A stretch of 64,000 nucleotides of DNA from Azolla caroliniana (GCA_043228905.1 JBHGNT010000006.1:5208001-5272000), one strand, 5' to 3'; shown: positions 27,974-41,951, numbered from the stretch's first letter. Numbers and translations: made by a program. The notes: generated from the sequence alone by a model not told the origin.

Positions 27974-30159
27974 GAAACCAGTTTTTTCAAGAAATCGCAT
28001 ATTTTGCCCACATACATACAAGGTTTGCTTCTTGAGGTTTGTGATAATGGATGACAGTCTTTTAACTTGTATCTTGTAACATCAATGCTTATCATGTTGC
28101 TGTATTCCAGTGTAGATCAGAACAAAAAAATCTAGTATTCAAGTTATCGTGGTTGTAGCTTATATTTGTTAACATCAATGCTTATCATTGTGGTATATTC
28201 CTGTGTGGATCATTAGACCGTGTACACTTTAATTGCAACTTTAATGGCATGAATATCACGCAGATGCAGTTCTTGAGTCTTAACTTCTGGGAAAATAGAT
28301 CATTAATCTCTAATATCAAATGAATTGGTGATACAAGCTGGATGATGCATCCACCGTTACGTTATTATATGCCTAGAACATCCTCTAGAACATAGTTTTT
28401 CCAATCTTGGCCATTGGTTACACTCATAATGATTTAGGTACTTGGGGTGTGGTCTTCTGAGAAGAGATTGCACGTCTCATAGGTTTCAAGTTTTATATAA
28501 CGTTACGTCCCTAGGATTTGGGTCTAGAGATTTGTAATTGCTGCCTATTACTCTCAATATAGGGGAGAGACGTGGCAATTGATTAGTGCAAAGAATAGTA
28601 GATATTGAATGTCTCGTTCGACCTTTGACAAAATCAGTCTTTAAAGACAAATCTGCACAAATATCTCTAGTGAACTGAAGTGAATCATGCCACATGTGTA
28701 AAGACACATTTCAGTAGAAAATGTCATAGTTCTAATAGCCAAATATGCCAGACCTGATGAGACTAGACTAGTGGGTCAAACTAATGAGAAATCCAGTATC
28801 AATTTTATACTCACTCCAATCATTAAATCCAATTTAATTAAGTATCAAAAGGAAACCAGGAAAACTTTGTTCTTATAAGTCCTGAATGTGTTTATTGAAT
28901 ACAAAATTAGGTGCTGTATAGACCAAAACATTTGCATACTAGCCTCTAATCTCATCTTTAAAGACAATGGAAAATCTATCTATTATAACAAAAAATAGTT
29001 CCATACAAATGAAAAGCTTGCTTATTAATATTGAGCAGATGCTTAATTCCACGACAGAACCACCAAAGAGAAGAGTTTTGACCTCCACACAATACATTTC
29101 ATGTTGCTCTGATGCCTCGGGTCTATAGATATTGGACGATACAAAATTTGAGTATTGCATATCAATCATTACATAGAAGGAGCATACATATGAGAAAAGT
29201 TAAACCAAAATTTACACATTATTTCTACCAACACAAAAAACCTGCAGTTGTGGCTTCTTCTACAGGACAAGGCCAATTGATACTATCGTTTTGATCAAAA
29301 TAATGTGGGCGCGTTTTTGGATAGGAAGGCATTATTAATTGAAAAAAAATTGCATTATGGATTATAATTTGCAAATCAAAACAATAAGAAAGATCAAAAA
29401 ACAAAGACTCGATTAAAAAGCAGTAGAAAAAACATGCAATTACAACAATGAGAAACATAGAAACAGATCAGTGGTGAAGGGAACAAAAAGAAACGAAATG
29501 AATTTGTAGAACAATGCCTCTGATATCCAGATGCTAATAAATTAAAGAAGTAAGCATCTTGTTCTCTAAAATTCCATATCTAGCCGAATCCAATTTCCTT
29601 TAACTCTAAATCTTATGTGACTTTTCTTCATCTATTTCCTTCTTCATTGACTTTTTTCTTCCTCTTTCTCCTTTCTAATCCTCCTCAGAGCTTATAATGC
29701 CGCTGTCTCTCTCTTTCTCTCTCTCTGTCATGCCTCAGCAAAGGAAGTCTTCACGTTACTAACCTGAACCAAAACATGGAACCTCAGGGATATATCATAT
29801 ATATATACATATTCATTCATACTTTTCGAAATGTTAAAAGAATTGCAAGTAGTATTTATGGTGATGTAAGACATTTATCCAGAAGTAGATCTATGGAACA
29901 AACAAGAAGCAGAAAAAAGTATCTTCAGTAAGGCAGTTATGGAGCAAGGGTTCAATTTTATCTTCAAAAGCTCAAAAGAACAAAGTATGGAGCTTCGACA
30001 TCATGACCCATGAAACAGGTTTAATCAGTTGGATAATATGACAAAATTACCACACATCAAAAGTACACAGTACATGAAACAAGAAAAATGGTTCGATGGC
30101 TTTAACACCATAGAGCAAAAAAAGAAAGATTGAATATTGACAATGCTAAATTGTACACC

Positions 30160-30545
30160 AAGGGCACATGGGCAAAGATCCATCTGCGCAGAAAGATGGA
30201 CACATATGCATGGACATGGAGACATGGGTAAGGAGACACATGAACAGGAACAGGGACATGGACAGTGAGTGACATACAAGCATGGTCACATGAGCGTACA
30301 TGGACAAGGACATATGGACACATGAGCTGTGTTACATTATTGACACATGAAGCCATTACAAGACCCAGTAAAGCACACGAGGATATATGGACACATGAGC
30401 TGTGATACATGGACACATTGACATATGAAGCCATTACAAGACCCAGTGAAACACACTGAGGACATATGGACACATGAACTGTGTACACGGACACATTGAC
30501 ACATTGACACATGAAGCCATTACAAGACCCAGTAAAACACACGAA
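30160..30545. repeat. Compound repeat downstream of rpl12 (GGACAT/GACACAT low complexity plus ~80-bp unit x3)
   Basis: TTGACA(C/T)ATGAAGCCATTACAAGACCCAGT units at about 30340, 30418 and 30504. Confidence 0.85.
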
Positions 30546-30594
30546 TTAAAAAATAAATAAAACCAAAGGAAAGATTTGAGTGCAATTTGACCTC

Positions 30595-31212
30595 TTATTT
30601 GACAGAGCACTTGGCTCCAGCAGCTTCTAGCTGTTTCTTAGCTTCATCAGCTTCTTCCTTAGTGGCGCCTTGCTTGAGGGGTTTAGGCAGGCCTTCGATG
30701 AGATCTTTGGCTTCTTTGAGGCCAAGGCTAGTGAGGGATCGGATAGCCTTGATCACTGCGATGCGTTGAGCTGTGGGGACCTCATCGATGATGACATCGA
30801 ATTCGGTTTGTTCTTCGACTGCGGGGGCAGCTTCAGCCACTGCGGCGGCGGCACCAGGCGCGGCTGCAGCAGCAGGAGCAAAGGCGGCAGCAGTGACTCC
30901 GAGCTCGGTCTGCAGCCAATCGACCAGGTTCCGTGCCTCCTCCAGGGTTAGGGACTTTATCTCACCCCCCAACTTCTCCAGCTTCGCAGTGTCGACGGCC
31001 GCCCTTACTGCAAGGGATGAAGCAGGCGCGGTGCTTGGGCGGCCCAGGTATGGCTTCTTCGTCTTCATGCGCAGGGCCGGCCCGAACAGGGAGCTCCGAG
31101 ATAGGGAAGGAGACGAGGATGGAGGGGATTGCGAGGAAGATGATGGTGATTGCGATGTGGAAGAAGTTGTGGGGAGGATGAGGAAGGACGAACAAGCTAA
31201 AGCAGCAGCCAT
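30595..31212 (-). CDS. RPL12: Plastid 50S ribosomal protein L12 precursor (intronless)
   Basis: ATG at 31212 (MAAALACSS...). Ser-rich transit peptide, then [24 protein letters not shown], an Ala hinge, and EEQTEFDV...[15 protein letters not shown]...[10 protein letters not shown]. Confidence 0.96.
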   Translation of the reverse strand: MAAALACSSFLILPTTSSTSQSPSSSSQSPPSSSPSLSRSSLFGPALRMKTKKPYLGRPSTAPASSLAVRAAVDTAKLEKLGGEIKSLTLEEARNLVDWLQTELGVTAAAFAPAAAAAPGAAAAVAEAAPAVEEQTEFDVIIDEVPTAQRIAVIKAIRSLTSLGLKEAKDLIEGLPKPLKQGATKEEADEAKKQLEAAGAKCSVK

Positions 31213-31462
31213 GGCTCCTTCTTGCCCTGTTTCTTGAATGCAGACTTCTCTCTGTGTGTGTGTAAACTGGTACTCTAGAGTCTTGAGAGAAGGAAGAAGG
31301 AAGAAGAAGGGATAAGGCGTGGTGTTTATTTTGCACCCTTCACAGATAAGCCTTCGGTTTTGCACCCTTCACTATCTATAACAACAGATAGGGTCCGTTT
31401 CACACTACTCGGACATAATGTTATATCATTCACCATCTCAAGTGGATTAGACCCTCTGTCTT

Positions 31463-31935
<473 letters not shown>

Positions 31936-34319
31936 TGTGACAGAGAAATATCATTGAGACTGTGAGGTTGTCCACCAAACCACCACACTCCATGTTGGCA
32001 TGCACTATTATGGGTTTAGTTTGAGGGATTTGAACCCTCGTATAGTTGTTTCACAGAGAATATATTTAAAGCCCTGCATTCTGCAATGACATGTAGTGTG
32101 ACAATTGAACCGACATATGGTTGTTTACTGAATACTATCAAATTGTGCACTTGCTTGTTACATTCCACAATGGCATTCAATAGAGGCAATGGGATTTGCA
32201 CCCCCCCCCGGCCCGTTCATGTATGAGGACATGTCCTTATCAATAAGCTTCATCAGGAATGACTTTTTTCCTTGGGTCAGATGAAGAGATTTCTAAACAA
32301 TCTATTGTGTCATGAACCCCATTGGGGATGATGAGAAGGTGGTGGTTGAGGTACAAGTCCAATTTTTATGTTGAAGGAAACAAATTGGAATACGGAACTT
32401 TGTGACTTGTTCCAGAATGCACCTCGCTACCACTTGCTCATTCACACTACTTGATTTTTTCTAGGATATCTTTCATGATTAGAGTAATAGCTTTGACGGA
32501 GTCTTTCCTCCACATGGAAATCATTAAGGGATCCTTGATCAATCTCTACCTTTGTTCTAATAAATTGGGGTATATGAGGTTCCAATTTTGTCCTAAGCAT
32601 ATTAGCACTACTAGCAATCACTTAACTAGGCTATCCTTAAGAATACTTAAACTTGACGATTCTTAAAACCAAGTGATGGAAACAATCTATTATGTATGTT
32701 AATCTATACATAAACAATAAAACAATACATTGAAGCCAATCACAATATTCTATTAACAAATTCTTCATCAACTTCATACAAACCAAGTCCTTAGGTTGGG
32801 ATACTTCTGACACATATTTTTTTCCAAAAAAGGGGTTACTTTCCCATTAGTTGGGAGATTTTTACAAAAATATTATACAAGAAATGGGGAAATCACCTCC
32901 CACCCTCCCTCTGTTGAAGGCCAGCTCTAGATACCTACTTACATTAAGTAGAAAGTAAGAGAGGATATGTACGCAGTCTCGAATTCTTGAACTTAACAGA
33001 TGTAATATCATATTCTTTGGTTTTGATATCCATATGAGTTGTACTATCTTCAATGTAGAATATTGGTCATAGGCTAAAAATATACAAAAACATGTTTATC
33101 TTGGAAATTATGGTGATTTACCCTTTATTATGGAGGAATCGTTGATGCTTGATGGGCTTGTAATGCCGAAATAACCCTTAAGGGTTTCCAAGTCCAACTC
33201 ATATAAACGGCCTAGAGCTCTTATGTAAAAGGGGCCTTTGGGGCTACACTTTGGTCCTCATTCTATAACTTTGCATCCACTAAGAACCACTTTCTTTCAC
33301 TCAAAAATCCCATTCTAATCAATCAAGATATACGTGTATTATTATTTTATTTTCCAAAAAAACCTACTTCCATTAGTTAAGGCAATGTATGTAGGATAAT
33401 ATACAACTCATATCTTACAGGCCAACTTGCATGGGGAAAAGAAAACAACATGCGTAAAGGAAACAACAAAAACACTCCAAAACACCACATCATTCAATGA
33501 GCATAGCATTATTCAACCGCATACCCTCCACGTGAGCCTCATACAACCCGAATTCAGCATAGACATCCTCCAATCTCTTCTCGTGGCAGCACCCATCTAT
33601 ATGTTAGGTACACTTGGAGGGAACAACCCCCGTGGTGGTTGATAATTCCACTTCGCTTTGCCATCCACCATCTGCAACATCGGAGAACCTCTCCATTTCA
33701 GAAGGAACCGAGCTCTAGCTTCTTCACTTGCGTCTGAGGGCCCTTGAAGGCTTTCAAACTCTCCTCATAACGTAGAAATAAGATTAAACTAGATCATCAT
33801 TAAACTCTCAGTCGGTGGGGTTCGCTTACCTGAGAAAGTCTCCTTGCACCTTATTAGAGACATGAACTAATGTAAGCATTAGACAAGGATAGAATATATA
33901 TAAATAGATAGAAAGGAGAGAGAGAAAGAAGGGTGTCGATCCACCCGACCACCCCCCAGCGAAGGAATCAAGACGGACTTGAGCCTCGATCAGCGTCCCA
34001 TACCACCGTCGTGGCGTCGAGTCATACCTGGTGCTGGCGCGCTCGCTACAAGAGTTGACCCACCACAAGATAGAATCTCGGCGTAGTCAACAAGATGATC
34101 AAATGAGGGTAGTTAGGTCTCTTATTTATAGTGATACCCAAGGCCCCCCATGCAAGTTCACACTTGGCCTAATGGGTTGTCTCAATCCTGAGGATTAAAA
34201 GTAATCCTCCCCTTCTTTACACTCTCATTTAACCCTCACAGTTATCCACGTGTATAGAATACTACGGTAAATTCTCACTACGAGATATTATATGGTCATG
34301 CCCGTAACACACTCCCCCT

Positions 34320-34840
34320 CTTTAAAACATTGCACTCTTGCAATGGAAAGTTAGGGAAGTTAGTTCCGAGAGAATTTTCGCGTTCCCATGTGGCATCTTT
34401 TATTGATTTATCCATCCATTTATTTCCCCAAAGTTCGGAGCCCACGCCACCAGGCGGCGGCCTTACCCCCTAGTTCTCGGCCGACGTATGCAATCTTCGT
34501 ACTATCTGGCGTGGGATAGAGCTCAAAATGAGACTCCCATCGGCCCAACTACGTGCAAATTGCTTCTTCGGTTCTTTCCTTTTTTTCTCCCATAAATGGC
34601 TTAACGACAAACGATGTTTCACCCTATCGCTCATCAAGTCTATTAGTCTCACGTTGTAAACTAATGACACGTGCCTCGAGAGCACTTTGAGATTGCTGAA
34701 GTTCGGTCATTTGTTGAGCGGTGAAACTAAGGTATTGGGTTATTTGTGAAAAATACATCTCAATGGACATTTGTCCAGGAGGATTTCCTTGAGTTCCTTC
34801 CGCTTGAGCGGATGACATCGGGTCGTTATTTTGAGCCATT
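34320..34840 (-). pseudogene. Gag remnant fused to an integrase chromodomain-like tail
   Basis: MAQNNDPMSS...LGRWESHFELYPTPDSTKIAYVGRELGGKAAAWWRGL (gag, with stops) abuts KWMDKSIKDATWERENSL at about 34425. Confidence 0.8.
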
Positions 34841-35894
34841 GAATGATTATTTCTGGCAAAGAAATAGGATAAGGTCAGACAAATAGTCATAACATCATGT
34901 CGTGATGTAAACAAATCATGGACAAACATTAATCGATATCATGATCTCACGTCAATACCCCTCTAGACGTATGAGATGAGGTTCAAGATCAGGTTACTAT
35001 GGTAACACAAAGGTGTTTTAAAAACCACGGGGGTGACAAATTAATGTCTTTCCCTTATCTCTATATCGATTTTTTCATGGCGGCTCCCCGAGGCTCAACC
35101 ATGTATGTTCGCGTCATGAATAGTTTATACACGAAAAAATTGTTAACAATAAACTATGTTTCTGTGCCCACATATGTGGTTTCGGCTCTTTAAGCCCTAT
35201 TGCAAGGACCCCGAAGTGTACTTAGACGTCAAATCTAAACATGTGTTATAGTCATATGTATCAACGATGTTGTATGGTCTTGGTTATATTTGAACTCGAG
35301 ACCTCGAGAACAAATGCATTAAACACTTGAGCCAACCAAGTAAGTTGCTCTTCTTGAATGTTTGATGTTTCATGCGTATAAGAGATATGCGAGGCATTTG
35401 CCCATATATGTTTTTTTAAAAGAAACACATATGTCAAGAGTCCTTATTTCCCCCTCGTTTACTACAAAATATGTTGGTATGTTACTTAACCCCAAGTCTC
35501 GTAATTACGATGGCATACGCCAAAGTGCAACCTAATGGTCATGCCAAATGAGCCCTGTTTTTGCAGTAGACCCACGTGGCCTATCACATGGTTACGTCAT
35601 TATGAATGCCTTTCGTAAGAATGATCTCATGGTGGCATCTTATCCATGTAACGAGGGAGGGATGTTGGATATGTGTGTCATAGGAGCGACCTACATGAAG
35701 TGGGTCAAGCCCTACGTTCTAACCTTCATTGTGGCTATAAGCATTTCTTTACGTAATAAAATCGAAGTCACCGACTGGAATGTCAACAATAAAAAATTGT
35801 TGAAAAAAGGGATGGTGACAACGTCATCCTCACAAAAATGTGAGGACGGCCACCAAGATCCTTTCCCCGAAAAGGAAAACATTCGATACTAAAA

Positions 35895-35996
35895 GGAAAT
35901 TGGTAAATTCATAGTTTTTTGGGGGGGATGGAATCTGTCTATCATTTGTAATCATATTTCTAAACTAAAAAAAAAACTGTGAATTTACCAATTCCC
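35895..35996. mobile_element. Probable 102-bp mini-MITE within the LTR element
   Basis: Inverted arms GGAAATTGGTAAATTCATAGTTTTTT and AAAAAACTGTGAATTTACCAATTCCC. Flanks TACTAAAA and TATTAAAA form a near-identical 8-bp TSD. Confidence 0.6.
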
Positions 35997-36142
35997 TATT
36001 AAAATCACGTAATAACTTATATATACATATGTATATTATCACATGTATACGATCAAATACGTATACACGTGATCACATATGTGTATATTAAACAAATCGT
36101 TACATCAAATAGCCATAAATGATATAATCGAGATACGTAATC

Positions 36143-36386
36143 GAGGCATATACCTCTACGCAAATGAAACATCCAAAAATAGGGGTTCATCGTAATACGC
36201 AATTGAGGTATTGACCTCTTACGCATACGACACCAAACGCATATCATTTATAACGAAATTGAGGTATTGACCTCATACGCATACATAACATATGTACGTG
36301 AACGTAATACGCAATTGAGGTGTTAACCTCGTACGCATACGACACTAATCACATATTATTTATATGTCAAATGAGGTATTGACCTC
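36143..36386. repeat. 56-bp-period array of GAGGT-N4-ACCTC hairpins in the retroelement leader
   Basis: Hairpins at 36143 (degenerate), 36205, 36261, 36317 and 36373. Confidence 0.85.
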
Positions 36387-39300
36387 GTGCACATATGTAA
36401 ACGTTTCATACAACCAATTAATTACCACTACAACATCATTAAATTAATGAAAACAATTACATATAGACTATACACATGATTAGATGGGAGAAGAAAAAAT
36501 AGAAAAAATAAAATAAGGAAAGCGTTACCGAAGTTCCTTTGTTGATCGTTGTCTAGATCAAGGCCGACCGCACATCGATCGATCACCATCAATCAACAAA
36601 ACAAAAGACAACAAAAGAAACATTAGAACATAGGCTCTAATACCAACTATTAGAGACATGAACTAATGTAAGCATTAGACAAGGATAGAATATATATAAA
36701 TAGATAGAAAGGAGAAAGAAAGAAGAAAGAAAGAAAGAAAGAAAGAAAGATATATTAACGTCTTCTAAGGCCAAATTTGGCCCATGAGACAAATAGGTTA
36801 CAACAAAAGATGAGTGTTTATCCAATCATCAAAACTAAAAATAAAAGAAAATAGCTTAAGCTAAGAAAGTTCTAGTAGTGTACAAAACTTTGCACCAAGC
36901 CTAATCTCATTTCCACCCAAGTCTCTCAAAAAGAAGTGGGAGGTCAAAAGTTTTTGGTGTGGGTGTGACCCATGGTCCCGATGCATAGAGTGCCCTAGCC
37001 ATGGCTTCTAGGCGGTGTAGTTCACGTTCCCTTATTTTCTTTATTGCTTCTACATCTCGTCGAGTTGCTTTGAAACCCGGCATCCGAGGGCGTTTGGTTC
37101 TTCTTTGATTTTCTGCTTCATCAAGGAGAAGTCCGAGTGGTACAGGAGAGAGAGAAAGAAGGGTGCCGATCCACCCGACCACCCCCAAGCGAAGGAATCG
37201 AGACGGACTCGAGCCTCGATCGGCGTCCCATACCACCGTCGTGGCATCCAGTCGTACCTGGTGCTGGCGCGCCCGCTACAAGAGTTGACCCACCCCAAGA
37301 CAGAGTCTCAAAGTAGTCAACAAGATGATCAAATGAGGGTAGTTAGGCCTCTTATTTATAACGATACCCAAGGCCCCCAAGCAAGTTCACACTTGGCCTA
37401 ATGGGTTGTCTCAATCATGAGGATTAAAAGTAATCCTCCCCTTCTTTACACTCTCGTTTAACCCTCACAGTTATCCATGTGTATAGAATACTACGGTAAA
37501 TTCTCACCACGGGATATTATATGGTCATGCCCGTAACACACCTAGATACCCACACTTGCCAAACTGTAAGGCCGACCACTAATAACCATATGTCCACGTA
37601 TTGTTCCTGTATGTAGAATGAACCTCCTTGCGTTGAAGGTTGTACAGCTCCTTGCATTACCTTTAAAGAAGGATTATTTCCTATCCCCCCTTGAAAACCA
37701 CGCAACCGATTCAGTGGCCACCCAAGTGACTGTTGCGCTCGATACATGAACATCAACCCCGAATAGAGCCAAGATTCTTAAGCTCCTCGTCCAAACTTTT
37801 TGGGCTTGTGGGCAGCTCCACAATTACTTAGCAATTCTATATCTAATCAAGACATGTTTTATGTTTCTTATTTGGTGGTTATGTATTTAGTTAAGTCGAA
37901 TATATTTCTTAATTGTGGAGTATTTAGGTGTGTGTTGTCGTTATTTTAAATTAAGAAACCCTCAAGGCTTCCTCAATTGCATGGAGTAGTGAGGTAAGTG
38001 CTTTATGATGTTGATGCATGGAATGGGATTTGTCATTGGGGAGTGTCACAATCCCTTGGTTAGTGCACCATGAGGAAGGCAACTTTTGAAGACTTCGTAG
38101 TCACCCTTGGGTGTGCAACATTGTAATGTATGAGTCATGTTGGCTTTTAGAGAAACTCAACTCACTTGAACCTTTGGATTAGACAAAGATAAAGCTACGA
38201 TAATTGAGGAGAGAGATTCAAGGAAGAAATCATTGGCTCTACAAATGAAGAGATCAAGAAATAAGTGGCCAAATGGGGGAGTGTCTTGTCTGGTATGTAC
38301 TTAACACCCTTTGCCACAAGTTACTTCAACTCAACCTTTGAACATAATGGGTTTTTGGATTAGAAGCCAACCAATACTATGTATCATAGACTATTATGTA
38401 ATCATGCTTAGTTACATATGCAAGTGTCAAAATGTTTGGAAAATGAGAAAGATGGGGCCTCAAAGGCCAAACATTTTTTAGAGTGGGTGGCATCATGGTC
38501 TCCCTTTTTGGGAATAAAGTATTCATTTGGCGGCTTATTGTCAACAATTTGCCAATGCCAATGCCTTACAAATATGGCAAATGAGAAAGATAAAGGCATG
38601 GTGGCTATGAGTCAGTGATAAAGGGTTCCACTACCATATGTTTTTAAGGTAATGTGTCATGTGGTGAGTTATGGTTACCATGGCTTACAAAAGTGATATA
38701 ATTGCAATGGCATGTCCTTCTAATGTCTCCTCAATACATGACATTGAGAGTTTCTTTGTTTTTCAATAGGTTGACACATTTTTTCATATTTATGCTTCGT
38801 ATGGTTTCCCTTAACAATTATTTGCCTAGGGGAGGACTTGTATATCATCTTGAAAGTATATTTGTGTTTTTAAATCAATTTGATTTTGCTAGTCATGGTA
38901 TCATTGGGGCCTGGGGTGTGTGAAATACATTCCATTTTTATGGAAAACATGGCTTTGTTGAACCTTTTTTTCCATTATTTGTCATTAAATGCAATCTTAG
39001 TTAGAAAGTGCATATTCCTTGGCTATTTGCATCTGTGCAATGTTATGAATACCTACAACACGATGGGGAATGGTTTATTTTCAGGCAAACCATATTCTAT
39101 TGTCGATGTAACATTTCCTTTATGAACCAACTTTCCTCTACACCATCAATAATAGTGTCATAGGGCTTTTCAATGGAGATCTAAGTACTTATTTGTATAA
39201 CCCAATCACTCACAAAAAATATACTTCATTGTTGGGTAGATTTCATATGTACCAACATTTTGTGTTGTGCATTGATGCCTATATTATTCTTAAATATTTA

Positions 39301-40074
39301 GGTGAGCTTGTTAGGACATGTCTTTAACTCGGTGCAAATGGCATGGATGATGTGTTCATGTACATACTTTGGCCTAGGATGAGTTACACAACTAAAAGGG
39401 TGTGTGAGCATAGGGTTAATGTGTTTTGAGATTCCCATTTGAACGATATTAAGAAACTAAAGATAATGTACGAGTCTTCTTTAGGGTGGGGATTTATCAC
39501 GATAGGAATTTTTCTTGTATTATATTCAGATTAAAGATGAGGATTCATATGAATGGTTATTGATAAGGAGAGAGAGTTACTCAACCATGTGCATTACCCA
39601 AACTAACATCCTAATATCCCTTATAACGATAGGCATTGATTATGAAATGAATCCTTTGAGCAACCAATCTTATTCATGCGAATGATGATGTGATTTGCAA
39701 AAGTTAGTTGCCATTGGCATGTTATTCATTGTTGGTGTTGTTAGTAGATATATAGTGAGAATTTAGGAAGCTTGAATACTTGTGCTTTGATTGTTGGGCC
39801 TTTTTTTATCGAGGGGAAGAATCAACGTGCTAATTCATGTTAGAAGCAAAATGGTCAATTAAAAATGATAAGAGTCTATAATTGAAAAACAACTAAGCAA
39901 AACAAATTATCAAGTTACTTGAAGCAGCTTGGTAATGTATTACTACATTAAATTATTAGGGTATTATAGACTTAATTTCCTTAGTGAAACATAGGGACAA
40001 ACTCATGATAGACCAATGTGGAGATGTCTCTATAGCAAGAAAAGTGTCTAGTATTTGTAAATGTGTTCCTTGTA

Positions 40075-40726
40075 TTTTTTTTTTCCCAAAAAAACATCTA
40101 CTTCCATTAGTTAAGAATGTACAAAGGAATCATTTACAACTCATATCTTACAAGACATCTTGCATGTCAAAGAAAAACAATGTGTAGATGAAACAACATA
40201 AAAAAAACAACTCCAAAACACCACATCATTCTATGTGTATAGCATTACTCGAACACATATTCTCCACGTGAGCCTCATACAAAACAGAATTTAGCATAGA
40301 TGTCCTCCATTTGCTCCTCATGGCAGCACCCATCTAGATGTTAGGAACACTTGGAGGGAACAGCCACCGCGGTGGTTGATAATTCCACTTCACTTTACCA
40401 TCCAGTATCTGCAGCATCGGCGAACCGCTCCATTTCCGAAGGAATCGAGCTCTAGCTTCTTCACTTGCATCAGATGGCCCTTGAAGACTTTCAAACTCAC
40501 CTCGCAACGTAGAAATAAGATTAAACCAGATCATCATTAAATTCTCAGCCGGTGGGGTTCGTTTACCTGCGAGGGTCTCCTTGCACCGAGATACCCACAC
40601 TTGCCAGACCGTAAGGCCGACCACTAATACCCATATGTCCACGTAGCGTTCCTGTAAGAAGAATAAACCTCCTTGCGTTGCTGGTTGCACAGATCCTTGC
40701 TTCACCATTAAAGAAGGATTGTTTCC
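40075..40726 (-). mobile_element. Second copy of the L1-type LINE 3' end (5'-truncated, uninterrupted)
   Basis: High similarity to 33341-33851 plus 37544-37681. ORF 40334-40708 is the ORF2 C-terminus. Poly(A) tail at about 40075-40084. Confidence 0.85.
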
Positions 40727-41951
40727 GCAATGCCTTCAAAAGGGGAATACTATCATTTTTAACCATTAGGTGACTTTGTGGCAAAGAGGAGAGATAGAGA
40801 AGAAGCATTGGTCACAACTATTTAGAATAAGAGAGGTTAAATTTGCAAGTTATATGAATTAATGTTGGATCTCATCATTCCAAGATAGCATTGCACAAAG
40901 GCCAAAGGAGCATCACAAATTTATGATGAGAATCATCACCCATGCCCACCTCGACATTGAAATTTGGAAGTATAAAACATAATGTTTACGAAAGCTAACA
41001 ATAAAAAAAAGTTGCCTAGTGATATACGTATACTTTGTTAATGTCAACTTGACAACCACTACACTTGCATGCTTATCACATTTTGCCATTGACTTTGTTT
41101 CCTTCTTAATGTTGGGTTGATCCATGGCATTGACGAGGTTTTAAAGCAAAAGGCACAATCCATAAAATCTACAAATAAGAGCACAATGATGGGACGAGCA
41201 ACATCATTCTCGATGTAAATTGCAGTCGTTACAATGGCAATAACTTTTGTGAGTTGATGCATGCATGTTTCTTGTGTATTTCCATTTTGTTATAGAGGGC
41301 ATTGTAAGTGCAATCTTGTGTATGATATATGGATATATGTATGGACAAGGGCATGATGAGCCAAGTGTCAATCGTGCTCAACTTAGAGCTAGAGGGCGAG
41401 GCGAGATTGGATAAGACTGTGCACCTTATGTGCTCCCTCCTCAAGAACCACGACGATAAGTGAAGAATGGCCACCATGTATGCCATCTTAGGCAAGGTAG
41501 CAATGTTGAAAACATATTGGTTGCTCCTTGCTCGATTCATGGAATGTCCGCCGTGCTCACCAATTTGTCTCGAGGCCACATGAAGAAGGTGGGAGGTATG
41601 ACAGGCATTGTAAGCATAGTGAGGTACAAGTAGAGTTGTATCGCAAACAGACGAGACGGGACAAGACAGGACAAAACAGGGCCATGAGTACACACGATAG
41701 AATGTCCGACAAACGTGTGAGACAATGTTAAAGAGCCATGATCCATCCATGGTACTAGTGAAATCCTAATTTAGTTAAAGAAAATTATTGTTGGTGAATG
41801 AAACCCCCCCTGTCGTTTTGTTGCCGTGTGAAAGAAACCCTAGCAAAACCTCGGGCATTTCTGGCTATGGCGACTCTCTCCTTCGCCTTCTTCCTCTGAC
41901 ACAATCGATCGCTTCATCGTCCTGTCTCGCATCTTCCCTTCCTTCTTAGCG

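Larger units (their letters stand above)
33852..37538 (-). mobile_element. Non-autonomous (pol-deleted) Ty3/Gypsy chromovirus-like LTR retrotransposon
   Basis: 5' LTR 37538-36648 and 3' LTR 34309-33852. 5-bp TSD CACCT at 33847-33851 and 37539-37543. PBS TGGTATTAGAGC (tRNA-iMet type, one mismatch) at 36645-36634. PPT GAGGGGGAGTG at 34320-34310. TATAAATAAG in both LTRs. Confidence 0.93.
33341..37830 (-). mobile_element. L1-type LINE 3' fragment interrupted by an LTR retrotransposon
   Basis: 33341-33851 and 37544-37830 rejoin collinearly with the uninterrupted copy at 40075-40726. Encodes LWSCPQAQKVW (zf-RVT-like) and VWQVWVSRC. A-rich tail at the left end. Confidence 0.85.

Noticed and set aside
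31213-31365. 51-aa N-terminal extension of RPL12 in the ORF track
   Set aside because: It lies upstream of a typical MAAA transit-peptide start and looks like CT-rich 5'UTR.
36907-37401. ORFs within the 5' LTR
   Set aside because: Non-ATG or weak starts, no recognisable domain, and partly deleted in the other LTR.
37860-39900. Possible decayed DNA-transposon coding sequence (similar stretches at about 2.8-4.3, 9.3-11.4 and 23.9-26.2 kb)
   Set aside because: I could not verify diagnostic motifs, TIRs or TSDs by eye; a TE-library search is needed.
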